Positions 12,538 to 24,847 of a stretch of DNA of 64,000 bases are shown in pieces. A model generated the notes under the pieces. It saw only the letters and a program-made list of their open reading frames with translations, had not been told where the DNA came from and did not search any database. This DNA is from Octopus sinensis. Lineage: Eukaryota. Where the stretch lies: NCBI RefSeq assembly GCF_006345805.1, contig NC_043020.1, forward strand, positions 31,000,001 through 31,064,000, written 5' to 3'. Each line of letters starts with the position of its first letter. Position 1 is the stretch's first letter. The translations under genes and the position numbers were made by a program.

Positions 12538-13670
12538 CATCATCATCGTTTAACGTCCGTTTTCCATGCTGGTATGGGTTGGACGGTTCGACCAGGGTCT
12601 GGGAAGCCAGGAGGCTGCACCAGGCTCCAGTCTGATCTGGCAGTGTTTCTACAGCTGGATGCCCCTGTTAACGTCAACCGCTCCATGAGTGTAGTGTGTA
12701 CTTTTTATGTGCCACTGGCACAGGTGCCAGGGGAGGCTGGCAACGGCCACGATTAGTAGGTGCTTTTTATGTGCCACCAGCAATTTCCATTTGATTTTTA
12801 TTTTGATGTTGATGTACTTGACTCAATAGGTCTCCTCAAGCACAGCAGGTCACTCTACAATCAAAGGTAAGCGCAGCAGGCCATCTTGCGATCAAAGGTA
12901 CTTTGGATGGGCTGGGCCTGCTATGTGAAGCTGGTGCAGGAAACACCCATGAACTCACGTTATTTGTTGGGTCTTCACAGTTACAGCATACCTCCAGTGG
13001 TCTTAGTCTTTCGTCATTGCCTCTGTGAGGCCCAACATTCGAAGGTCATGCTTAACCACCTCATCCCATGTCTTCCTGGGTCTACTTCCACCCCAGATTC
13101 CTGCAACTGTTTGGGAGTGGCACTTCTTCACACATCTTTCCTCATCCATCCACAGTACATGACCATACTACCGTAAAGGTCTCTCTTGCATGCCATATCC
13201 AATGCTTCTTATGTCCAGCATTTCTCTCAGGGCATTTACACTCTGTTGTGTGTGCACACTAACATTACACATCTAGCGGATCATGCTAGCTTCATTTCTT
13301 TCTAGCCTATGCATGTCCTCTGCAGTCAATGCCCATGTTTCACTGCCATGAAGCATGGCAGTTCACACACATGCGTCGTACAATCTACCTTTCACTCTGA
13401 GCGAGAGACACTTTGTCACCAGTAGGGGTAGAAGCTTTCTAAAATTTGTCCAGGCTATTCTTATTCTAGTGGTAACACTCTCTGAGCATCCACCCCCGCT
13501 ACTAACTTGGTCACCTAGGTAGCGGAAGCTATCATCTACTTCTAGTTTCTCCCTCTGGAGTGTGATGGAATCTGTTTTCTGAGTATTTGTGGTGTCTGTT
13601 GCCCCTGTGCACCTGCCGCACATGAAAGCTATTTCTTGGTTAATTTTCCTTTGATGTTGCTGCACCTCTT
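12538..13670 (-). mobile_element. RTE-clade LINE, 5'-truncated (RT C-terminus + 3' UTR + (GAT)n tail)
   Basis: ORF 13363-13665: FRYLGDQVSSGGGCSESVTTRIRIAW..VKGRLYDACV, followed by the shared 3' UTR. Confidence 0.88.
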
Positions 13671-13706
13671 ATGTGTACATAGCTTACCTGGGTACATCTT
13701 ATGGAA

Positions 13707-13746
<40 letters not shown>

Positions 13747-13790
13747 TATATATCATCATCATATTATATTATTGTTCTATAATATATATA

Positions 13791-14330
13791 TCTCTTATTA
13801 TAAAAGGCAGATTTTATAGAAATCTACAATATAGGATTTCTTCAATTACAATTTACCTAGCATTTTAAGAGTAGAATGCATCGGATCGTGCCAGGTACAG
13901 TTTTTCAAATTTCACACCCCCAATTAAGCAAATTTCGATAAAACTCACTTGTGGTGTGTAAGTGAAGTGCTTTTCTTAGTGTGGGCTACAGCACACCACA
14001 CCACAAAACGGAGCGAACTGCTTCACTCATGCTATCACCCTAATTTTCCTTCCCTTTCTCTTTGCAAGTGTGCAACGATTAAAGTGAAGTATTATAATAA
14101 AACGGATGAACTGCTTCACTCATACTTTCTCTTTGCAAGTGTACCTTAAGCCCACTACTCAAAAAAAACACAGCAAACAGAAACAAATAAATACATAACG
14201 ATTTACTCCTCACACAATTTCTTCAATTAGAGTTTACCTATGATTTTTCAAAGTACTTCCATTCGGTCATGGCATACAAAATTTCTTTCATTTCACCCCC
14301 ATTTCAGAAAAATTCGAGAAAACTAAATAT
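13791..14330 (+). mobile_element. Probable non-autonomous Helitron 5' portion
   Basis: Begins A|TC-TCTTATTATAAAAGGCAG like the other Helitron heads here. No 3' CTAG end identified. Confidence 0.4.
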
Positions 14331-14664
14331 TTTAATTACCATTTCACTTCAAAGCCTTTACTCTGCATATTTACTCCACTTCCCTTCCACACATACACAC
14401 GCAAATATATAAATAAAATTGTAAACTAACGTGTGTGCGTGTGTGTGCGTGTGTGTGTGTGTGTGTGTGTGCGCGTGTGTGTGTGTGTGAGGGTGCGTAC
14501 TGGTTTTCAGTTCATATTAATCAAATTAATATTCACAAGAAGGACTATTCATTATAATACATCAGTTCCACACATTTACCCTGGTTCCATTTCATTTGCC
14601 ATTTCACACATGTTTGTAAACAAATTCATTTCTTAAAAATTTCAATTCATTTTCTTTTTCAATT

Positions 14665-15348
14665 CATACAAAGTTTTTTAGGACGAATATAAGATCTAAA
14701 GTATATCCAAGTAGCAGAAAGATCGCCCAAAAGTGTATATAGATATTTAAATGTATTTATATATTCATCTATACACAGATGTATGTATAATGTGTGTGTA
14801 TATATTTCCATAGAGGTAACCATTCACTCCATACAAAGTTATTTAGGACGAATATAAGATCTAAAGTATATCCAAGTAGCAGAAAGATCGCCCAAAAGTG
14901 TATATAAATATTTAAATGTATTTATATATTCATCTATACACAGATGTATGTATAATGTGTGTGTATATTTTCCATAGACGAAACCATTCACTCTCCGCAC
15001 AAAGTTTTTTAGGACGAAAATAAGATCTAAAGTTATCTCTAAGTAGCAGAAAGATCGCCCAAAAGTGTATATAGATATATAAATGTATTTATATATTCAT
15101 CTATGCACACATGTATGTATAACGTGTGTGTATATATTCCATAGAGGTAACCATTCACTCCATACAAAGTTTTTTAGGACGAAAATAAGATCTAAAGTTA
15201 TCTCTAAGAAACAGAAAGATCGCCCAAAAGTGTATATAGATATTTAAATGTATTTATATATTTATCTATACCACATGTATGTATAATGTGCGTGTATATA
15301 TTTCCATAGAGGTAACCATTCAATCCATACAATTTTTTAGGACGAAAA
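14665..15348. repeat. Tandem repeat, ~165-bp unit x4 plus partial fifth
   Basis: Unit starts at 14665, 14830, 14996, 15161, 15326 (CATACAAAGTTTTTTAGGACG..). Confidence 0.92.
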
Positions 15349-16206
15349 TCTTTATATATAAAAGAAAGGTTGTGTGTCTGTCTACTCCGATTAGATTCCT
15401 AACGATTCCTAACTACTCCACATTTTGCGATGCAGTTTAACCAAAACCGGGTATCTTATAGTCGTGATTCATATCGAGCCCTTCTGGGTATTAGCGAGCG
15501 TCTACGATGAGTCTACGATTTTACAAATAATTTATCATCATTTTTTTTCCATTTTAATGCATATTTTTTTAAATAAAGGGAAGTACACTCTCAAACTTCA
15601 CACCAATATGCGTGCTCATGCGACGTAATATCACATCATCAGCAGCATTTCCTCACACCCTCCTTGCACTTGGCGAAGGCAAAATACCAGGGGATTGAAA
15701 TGGTAATATTGGCCATCGATACCATAGTACCATTGTTAAGACGCCTTCTGATCTCAGAGATGCAGTGTTCCCAGATCTACAAGCTAATTATCAGAATATG
15801 GATTGGATTTGCAAAAAAGGCTATACTGGCCCCGACGAATAAAACTGTTCACCATATTAATGATAAATGCTAAAAACTCATTCCTGGGGAAGTCTATGTA
15901 TATCAGTCTATCGATACAACTCCTGACCCAGAGGACGTCATCAACTATCCAATAGAGGTACTCAATTCCTTTGAGCACCCCGGACTACACCACACTTTCT
16001 CAAACTTAAAGTTGGTACCCCCTATAATGCACATCAGAAATTTGGTTCCCCCAAAACAATGCAATGGCACACGTTTGATCGTTAAGTCCTTATCTCCACA
16101 GTAAATTATATCAATATTTGCCTGAATAATCATCATAATTCAGTGCAATCATTAAACAGTACTTTCAAGCAATTCCGCCCCGAGCAACGCTGGGCAATTC
16201 TGCTAG
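15349..16206 (+). mobile_element. Non-autonomous Helitron retaining a PIF1-like helicase fragment
   Basis: A|TC 5' end and CTAG|T 3' end, GC hairpin GCCCCGAGCAACGCTGGGC at 16177-16195. Internal frameshifted KAILAPTN..YPIEVLNSFEHPG..LKLKVGTPIMHIRNL..CNGTRLIV. Confidence 0.92.
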
Positions 16207-16708
16207 TAATATACATATATATATTATATATTCTATAATATAATAAATATATGTATATTGTATATTAATATTTATATATATATACATATATATATTTAAA
16301 CATATATATATTATACATATATAGTTTGAGTGTAGAAATTGCGGGGTGAGTACTTGAAATTATAAATCACCTGTGTATACCGTTAGGTGGTGTAGGTGGT
16401 GGAAGTAATTGATCAAAAATAAAAATAAAAATAAAAACATGAGGCGAAGGATTCAGCGGTACATTGTTTCGGGCCTTTATTAGACCGATACTAACAAATC
16501 ATAATGTATGTCTGTGGCCTCTTCAGCCGCTCACAACAGCTTCCACAAGGACATGTGTTAGTTCCGAAAATTCTTGGCTGGGGGTGCAAATCTTCGTTCC
16601 CGTACGACAAATGCGGCAGCACATCGAATGTGAATCGCCATCTCCTTCTTCTCTCAATGTAGAATGAGGAAACTTGGATGTTGAGGTAATGTAAATAATA
16701 AATACAAC

Positions 16709-16867
16709 CAATCAAAATGCCTGAAACTTGATACGCCAATTAAATGCCAGCTAGCTGTATGTGATTGGTCGGAGATTTGGACACTACTCGGGTGTATGTG
16801 CGCACGCACGCACCTGTATATGCATGCACTAGCACTATGACACTGCAACGCTGGGTCATAGTGCTAG
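16709..16867 (+). mobile_element. 3' half of non-autonomous Helitron (duplicate of 20672-20830)
   Basis: Essentially identical to 20672-20830. Ends with a 13-bp inverted repeat CTAGCACTATGAC/GTCATAGTGCTAG then T. Confidence 0.75.
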
Positions 16868-17385
16868 TGTTACATATATTATATATATATATATATAAAT
16901 TTATATATGAGGATAATATCGATATTTAAGTGTCGAAATTATCAAGTGGCCAGCATGAAAGAAATACCTTACAAAGGTAAAAAAAATTTTAACAATTAAA
17001 AATGAGGGTGTCTAAAAGACACCAACATGCCGAAATAGCAGTCGAAACACTGACTATAGTACCACGTTAAATGTTCATATCGCACCATGAGGTAAAGCGG
17101 AGGGACAAAACATACAAGCAAAAATATTGAATAATTCAAGTCCAAGGATTTCTGGTTCTGCTTTAGATAAGCTTTACCGTCATCAATTGAATATCAAGGG
17201 TACATAAATACAGATATATATATGCACAGCAAACGATATACTTACATATACGAGCGCCGCACATACATACATATGCATGTATGGACACAGCAGTTTGATC
17301 GCCCGCCGAATCACCGCATAAGTACGATATGGTTAAAATAAGCAACCGCAGTGAAATAATAACGAATTTATATAAATTTTGTCCG
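16868..17385 (-). mobile_element. Penelope pLTR-like unit, copy 1 (3' of the PLE ORF)
   Basis: Direct repeat of 20831-21345; contains a hammerhead motif; lies downstream of the PLE ORF on the same strand. Confidence 0.7.
17134..17193 (-). ncRNA. Type I hammerhead ribozyme motif (pLTR copy 1, lacks U16.1)
   Basis: rc: TATTCAA-TTGATGA-CGGT..ACCA-GAAA-TCC TT GGA-C-TTGAAT. Confidence 0.6.
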
Positions 17386-18113
17386 TATGTGCGTGCACAT
17401 ATATATACTCACATACGCACACAGAGACACACGCGTTCATGGGATAGTCATAAGATATCGAAGTATGCATGTACACATACGCGCGCGCACATGTATGTAT
17501 GCGCATACACACGTACGCGGACGCTCGGATACTCAAAAGCGGATCCATAGGTGAGTAAATAAGCATATATAGAGGTGTAAAGCGATAGATTAGGGGTAAG
17601 ATGAGGGTAAGGGTAAGATTAGAAATAAAAATACAGTATAAAATAAGAAATACAATGTAATATTAGAAATGAAATATAAGAATTAATAAGGGTTATAAGG
17701 AGTTACTTTAAGGGATGAAAATGAAAATGAGAGTAAATGGCAGTAGAATAAACGTAAAAATAAAAGTAAAAATAAAATTAAAAATAAAAGTACATGGAAG
17801 TAGGATAAAAGTAAAAATAAAAATGAAAATAAAATAAAAATAAAAATAAAAATAAAATAAAAAATAAATAAAATAAATAAAAAATATAAAAATAAAAAAA
17901 TAAGGTAAAAGTATAATTTTGTAAAGTTTAACATGAGATGGAGGTGGCCCACATATATATATATGTGTATATGTACACACACACACGTATTGCACATAAA
18001 CGCACACACACACCCACACCCACATACACACGCACATATAGGAAAACGGATGTGCTGGAGCCGACAGGTTGCACCGGGTGGGAGGAAATAGCATGGGGGA
18101 GTTGGTATAAGAC

Positions 18114-20190
18114 CTAAGCATTGTAGTATTTGAAAGTATTAATAAGTTTATGTATACAGGATGGTTTTGAACTCTGACCTTTTGTAATAAGATTGTGTTT
18201 GTCTTTGAATTCAAGATGTTCAGGAGTTCTACACAGCATAGTTGGCATCCTGCTCTATTATTTAAATAAGGTGCAGCTGATCCGATGATGGACCATCGAG
18301 TTTGAAGCTTATGCATTTGTCTTTTAATTCCCAAATTCTTTTAGAGAGGGAGGTGCTGTTAGCCTTATGTCTATGTCTCATCGAGGACCGGTGGTTGTAG
18401 TTATCTGGATTTCCAGGAGGTTGAGCAACCAATATAGGTGAGTGTGTTAAATTGAGTACTCACCTCACATGAGTATATTACGTTTTTTGCCCTGCATGCG
18501 CCCTGCAGCGGGCACTCTGATGCACATCTGCATTGCATTGCATTGTATTATTCGGTCGTGTGCTGCTAATCCTAGGCGGAGGTGTTGAAACGAGTGGGGG
18601 CGTTGGTAACCTCCTGGTTGTTGATGGGTGTAGTATTTCCTCTGTAGTGTCGGCGGTGTGTTATTACTAACTGCTTGGTATTATGGTTGCCAGTCTGGTT
18701 ATAATGCCTACTGTCTAGATGAGGGGGTTCTGTTGGTCGCTATGGTTTGCTCTTGATCTAGCTGTTCTAATATAATATAGTTGTGTTTAGCTAAGAGGCA
18801 GCTCAGGTTTGGCAGGTAGAGTAGGAAAATCCTAATAGTTTTGTTGGAGAAGAGAACTTCTATATTTGTGGTGGGTGGGTTGTTGGAAATTATAGAGAAT
18901 ATTCTTTTACATAACCTACCCCTAACTGCTAAGTTGAAAGGTATGTTGAACCATATGTATTTGCGTAATCTGCTATTATCCCTCTGTTTCTCCTAATAGG
19001 ATCTATTGTTCTCGTCGGGAGGGTTACTATTGTGTGCTGTTCTATTAGTCCGCCTATTGTCCTATAATGTTGTTTGGAGTTTTGAATTTAGACCTTATCG
19101 GTAGTGTGAGTTGAGTGCTGAGTTCGATTATAATTGTGGGTTCTTCTGGTCCGACGGACGCTCCCAGGTTGGTCACGTATGATATTCTCTGGTTATAAGG
19201 TTATATCCGGCACTATAGAGAGCTTGGTTGTAGTGTTGAGCATGATTATTGAAAATTTCTCTATTAGAGGATAGTTTTGTCAGTCTGTCTGAGATGGCTT
19301 GTACTGTGGTGCTAATTATACAGGGTGGATGGTTGGAAGAGGTATGGATGTATTTGGTAGTTTCTTCTGGTTTCTTATATGGGTAGTGAAGGTGCTTATT
19401 CAATCTAACGTAAACATCTAGAAGTTAACTATTTTAGTATTGGTCATAAATCTAGTTTAAGATTGAAGGATTTGAAAAAAGCCTGATCTTTTTCCTAATT
19501 CTTTCTAGTTTACTCCTATTGTGGTGGGTATATGAAGAGAGCGTCGTCTCTGTATAGACCCCCCTGAAGATCCGGTACCTCGGAGAAAAGCTTCTTGAGC
19601 AGGTAGGCCCCGACAAGTCAGTCACCTGAGCTGAATCGCTCGAGCCCATAGCCACATCGAAATTGTCGGGGGTATCGGATCTGGTCCAGAGTCTACCGTC
19701 GAATTCTATTATGTTTTTCTAGCTAATAGAATTATGTCAATTTTTTCTCTGTCTATGAGTGAAAGGTGCGGGCAAAAATAAGGGATTTGTTAAGTAAGAT
19801 GGGTGATATACTGGCGTAGTAGCTGGCTATGTCGAATTGGATGAATGAGTAGTCGGGCCTATTGGTGATAGTGTTAAACCATTCTAGCAATCGCTGTATT
19901 AATCCATAGTTGGAGTGGGATGTGGGGTTTGATGTGTGGGATCACCTTGTCCAGGATGGTCTTGCTAAGTCTGCCGATATCCGATTTAGTCGGACAGATT
20001 AATCGTACTCCTACACTATCCGGGAAGTCTTTCTTATGGTCTTTATAGTAATTTTGGGTACTTGCGGTTTAATAGGTTCTGTTCTGTCCAGGAGGTCTAA
20101 TTTGCTCATAACTTCCTTGATTTTGTAATTAATTTCCTTAAGGTTATCCGTAGAAGTAGTTTATATACTTTTGCTAAGTTCCCTCATGAT
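18114..20190 (-). mobile_element. Penelope-like element, Naiad-type RT + C-terminal GIY-YIG, frameshifted and 5'-truncated
   Basis: Hand translation: RLICPTKSDIGRLSK, FIQFDIASYYASI, FDVAMGSSDSAQVTDL, LYRDDA, thumb YIHTSSNHPP, CRCASECPLQGAC, NVIY..YIGCST, NHRSS..TSLSKRIWELK, WSIIG..CQLC, KRSE. Confidence 0.88.
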
Positions 20191-20463
20191 GAGCGAATCC
20201 TTCGCCTCATGTTTTATTTTTATTTTTATTTTGATCAATTTATTATACATATATATATATATTAGAGTCAAAACTATTGAAAAGGTTGCAAGATGCAACG
20301 AAAATTTTAGGACAATAACAATAAGAAAAAAGTGGAAATTTTACCGGTGAGTGTGGTAAATAATAAGGCACAAAAAGAAAATGTCTCTCCCCAGACATAA
20401 CAGAATATGCTTCAACACACGAATTCATATAAAGAATCTTGAAAACTAAATCCCAAAACGAAA

Positions 20464-20830
20464 TATATATATATATATTTAAACGGCAAAATGTCTGTGT
20501 GTATGTCCTTTATATAAATCGACAATTTTTCAGTTAGAGAGCTCACACTTTCTATGGTCATTTAAAACCATCCAAGGGTGGTCGTGCACATCTTTACATT
20601 TCTCCAGTCACGCTGCAAAGCCATTAAAGAATCAATAGAAGTGATTTTTGGTGAATTTTCTATCCAAAACCCAATCAAAATGCCTGAAACTTGATACGCC
20701 AATTAAATGCCAGCTAGCTGTATGTGATTGGTCGGAGATTTGGACACTACTCGGGTGTATGTGCGCACGCACGCACCTGTATATGCATGCACTAGCACTA
20801 TGACACTGCAACGCTGGGTCATAGTGCTAG
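20464..20830 (+). mobile_element. Non-autonomous Helitron (~365 bp)
   Basis: Head (TA)n-AAACGGCAAAATGTCTGTGTG; 3' 13-bp hairpin ending CTAG|T at 20830. Confidence 0.75.
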
Positions 20831-21402
20831 TGTTACATATATTATATATATATATATATATAAATTTATATATGAGGATAATATCGATATTTAAGTGTCG
20901 AAATTATCAAGTGGCCAGCATGAAAGAAATACCTTACAAAGGTAAAAAAAATTTTAACAATTAAAAATGAGGGTGTCTAAAGACACCAACATGCCGAAAT
21001 AGCAGTCGAAACACTGACTATAGTACCACGTTAATGTTCATATCGCACCATGAGGTAAAGCGGAGGGGACAAAACATACAAGCAAAAATTATTGAATAAT
21101 TCAAGATCCAAGGATTTCTGGTTCTGCTTTAGATAAGCTTTACCGTCACAATTGAATATATCAATGGTACATAAATACAGATATATATATGCACAGCAAA
21201 CGATATACTTACTATACGAGCGCCGCACATACACATATGCATGTATGGACACAGCCAGTTTGAATCGCCCGCCGAATCAACACCGCATAAGTACGATATG
21301 GTTAAAATAAGCACCGCAGTGAATATAAACGAATTATATAAATTTATATATGAGGATAATATCGATATTTAAGTGTCGAAATTATCAAGTGGCCAGCATG
21401 AA
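20831..21402 (-). mobile_element. pLTR-like unit, copy 2 (~490 bp plus start of a tandem unit)
   Basis: Matches 16868-17385; the unit start (TATAAATTTATATATGAGGATAAT) recurs at ~21340. Confidence 0.7.
21099..21158 (-). ncRNA. Type I hammerhead motif (pLTR copy 2, 1-nt deletion in core)
   Basis: rc: TATTCAA-TTG(-)TGA-CGGT..ACCA-GAAA-TCC TT GGA-TC-TTGAAT. Confidence 0.6.
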
Positions 21403-21411
21403 GGAAATTTG

Positions 21412-21832
21412 GACACTTAAATATCGATATTATCCTCATATATAAATTTATATAATTCGTTATTATATTCACTGCGGTGCTTATTTTAACCATATCGTGA
21501 TTATGCGGTGATTCGGCGGGTGATTCAAACTGGCTGTGTCCATACATGCATATGTATGTATGTGCGGCGCTCGTATATGTAAGTATATCGTTTGCTGTGC
21601 ATATATATATCTGTATTTATGTACCCTTGATATATTCAATTGATGACGGTAAAGCTTATCTAAAGCAGAACCAGAATCCTGGATCTTTGAATTATTCAAT
21701 AATTTTTCTTGTATTTTTTGTCCCTCCGCTTTACCTCATGGTGCGATATGAAACATTTAACTGGTTTTATAATCAGAGTTTCGACTGCTATTCGGCATGT
21801 TGGTGTCTTTTAGACACCCTCATTTTTAATTA
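21412..21832 (+). mobile_element. Inverted pLTR-like unit, copy 3
   Basis: Reverse complement of 20959-21377 across a 34-nt spacer. Confidence 0.7.
21633..21692 (+). ncRNA. Type I hammerhead motif (pLTR copy 3, GAA instead of GAAA)
   Basis: TATTCAA-TTGATGA-CGGT..ACCA-GAA-TCCT GGA-TC-TTTGAAT. Confidence 0.55.
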
Positions 21833-22468
21833 TAATTATATATATATATATATATATCTTATATATATTAGTTTTATATAGCAGCCACAGCAGGAAATGT
21901 ATTAGGACATGAAATGTAAAAGCCGGACTAGATTATTTTAAGCACAACTCCATTATCTTCCAAGACAAAGGATGCCAACAACAACACTTATATATATATA
22001 TATTATATATATATATTTATTTATTTCTAAATATATTATATATATATATATATATTTTATATATGTATATATCATATATATATATTATTCCATAAATATA
22101 TACATATTATATATATTGATAGGCGCAGGAGTGGCTGTGTGGTAAGTAGCTTGCTTACGAACCACATGTATATATGTATATATATATATTTCAACAATTG
22201 AGGGTAAAATAATTAATTAATCAATTTCACCAAGTATTCAGTATGCAAAGGGACCATTTAAGGCGAATTCAAATTTACATTATATAAAAGGGCTTAGTAA
22301 ATAAATTACTTTGCCGCATACTGAACTCATTAGAAATAGCAGCTAAAAAAACTTTTTTAAAACTATTTCTAATACTTAAAGAAAACCTCTCTCATATAGT
22401 GTTTGCTCAATTCAACTCACGAAAATATGGGGGTAGAGACAACAAAAAAATCAAATGCAAAGGTTATT

Positions 22469-22521
22469 TGAGAACGTACGTTTCAAGATTAGTCAAGCTC
22501 GACATTTCTATCATCAGCTCA
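22469..22521 (-). ncRNA. Type I hammerhead motif, family 2
   Basis: rc: TGAG-CTGATGA-TAGAAATGTCGAGCTTGACTAATCTT-GAAA-CGTACG-TT-CTCA. Stem III palindrome AACGTACGTT; stem I TGAG/CTCA. Confidence 0.7.
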
Positions 22522-22556
22522 GAACTCCCTGGTTTGGATTTGAAAACACTGAAAGT

Positions 22557-22634
<78 letters not shown>

Positions 22635-22639
22635 TATAT

Positions 22640-22671
<32 letters not shown>

Positions 22672-22679
22672 CTATGTGC

Positions 22680-22714
<35 letters not shown>

Positions 22715-22864
22715 ATATATTATATATATCTATGTGCATATATATATATATATTATATATATATATATATAATATATATATTATATATATATATATATAT
22801 ATATCTATGTGCATATATATATATATATATAAATGTAATATATATATATATATATATATTTATT

Positions 22865-24390
22865 TTCTAGTTTCAGCTCAGAGCTGCGGCCATGCTGATG
22901 CACCGCCGTTTTGTGCTACACTGTTATTACGATGAACCTCGTCTAATATGTGGCACTTGGTGAAGAATGGAGTTTGATACAGCTACTCTCAGTTGCACCT
23001 CTGGGACTCTTGACAGGAAGATGTCCAGCTTTGATTTAAAAACCGCCACATCTACTTTGTGCAAGTTCCTCAGACTCTTTGGGAGGATATTAAATAGCTG
23101 TGGGCCCTTGAAACCCAGGCTGTTGCAGAAGCTGGTCCTGAAGCGTGATGGCATTGCTGGGATCTTTGGCACTATGCAATGTCGTCCCATTCTAGCATTG
23201 GTATAGCTTTCAATGCCAAAATTTGGCACAATTCCTTCCAGGATCTTCCAGACATATATTACTGCATACCTCTTCCGTCTTCTCTCCAGGGAGTAGAGTC
23301 TTAGCTGTTTCAACCTTTCCCAGTAGCTGAGCTGTTGCAAAGAGACGATCTTCTTTGTGAATCTTCTCTGGGTTGCTTCAAGGTCCGCTGTTAATCTTAC
23401 ACTGGTGGGTGACTATAGCTGTGAGCAGTAATTCAGGCGGCTGAGGACGAATGTCCGCCAGAGGACCATCATGGTTTCCTTATCTCTGGTTCTGAATGTT
23501 CTTAGGATTCATCAAGGCAGTTGTCTGCACTTTGTCGCCATCCAGGTAATGTGCACTTGGAAAGAGGTATCATCACTCATGTCGATACCCAGGTCCCTCA
23601 CAGACTTAGGCTCTGGGATTGAAATTCCCTGTGGACCGGTGTATCCTGTAAGTTTAATATTCAATTTTGGATGCTGGTAGCGCAGGGCCTGGAATTTTTC
23701 AGCATTAAACTGCATATTATTATCCTCAGCCTATCTGTAGATTGAGTCCAACTCCTGCTGCAGGTGTGCAACATCGCTGGGGTTCTGTATTTTCTGCGAG
23801 ACTTTCGTATCGTCTGCATAGCTGGCCAGAGTGGCTATCCGGGCATTTGAGGGCATATCTGAGAGGGTCACTATAAAAAGCAGTGGTCCCAAGACAGTGC
23901 CCTGTGGAACACTGCTCACTATTTGTGTGTTCATAGAGGTGGCTCCATTAACCACTACTGCCTGACTCCTATTTTTCAGGAAGTCATGTAACCACACTCC
24001 AAGTTTTCCAGCTATGCCGAGGTCACATAGTTTGTGGCATATCATACCATGATCCACCTTGTCAAAAGCTTTTGCAAAATCAATGTAGATTACGTCCACA
24101 TTTGATTTGTTGAGTAACTGCCTCAACACCCAGTAAGAGCTGGGTCAGGCAACTCCTACCTGGTCGAAAACCATGCTGGGTATTACTCAGCAAGTTATTT
24201 TCCTCAAGGAATGCGATTAGTTTCTTTCTGACTATCCGTTCCATGACTTTGCTGATGTGTGAAGTCAGAGAGATAGGCCTATAGTTTTTGGCATCTGCTC
24301 TACTTCCCCCTTTATGTATTGGGCATATTATTCCCTCCTTCAGCTTGCTTGGCAGTTTGCCATTTGCAAGAATCTCTGAAAAGAATCTTG
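22865..24390 (-). mobile_element. CR1/L2-group LINE, 3' 1.5 kb with intact 3' end
   Basis: ORFs 23731-24129 (FAKAFDKVDH, VPQGTVLGP, YADDTK) and 22927-23340 (YSLERRRKRYAVIYVWKIL); tail GGCGGTGCATCAGCATGGCCGCAGCTCTGAGCTGAAAC. Confidence 0.9.
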
Positions 24391-24492
<102 letters not shown>

Positions 24493-24730
24493 GTATATAT
24501 ATTGTATATATATATGTATATGTATATATGTATATATATATATATATTATATATATATATATATATAATATATGTATATATATATATATATATATAATAT
24601 ATATGTATATGTATATATGTATATGTATATATGTATATGTATATATGTATATATATATATAATATATATATATATATATAATATGTATATGTATATGTAT
24701 ATATGTTATATATATATGTATATATATATG

Positions 24731-24826
<96 letters not shown>

Positions 24827-24847
24827 GTATATATATTATATATATAT

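Noticed and set aside
14665-15348. 165-bp tandem array as a retrozyme or CRISPR-like array
   Set aside because: No CUGANGA core on either strand, no unique spacers, eukaryotic context.
18114-20190. Selenoprotein-type Naiad (in-frame UGA as Sec)
   Set aside because: The conserved cysteines I could read are TGY codons; the interruptions are frameshifts or TAA; no SECIS recognised.
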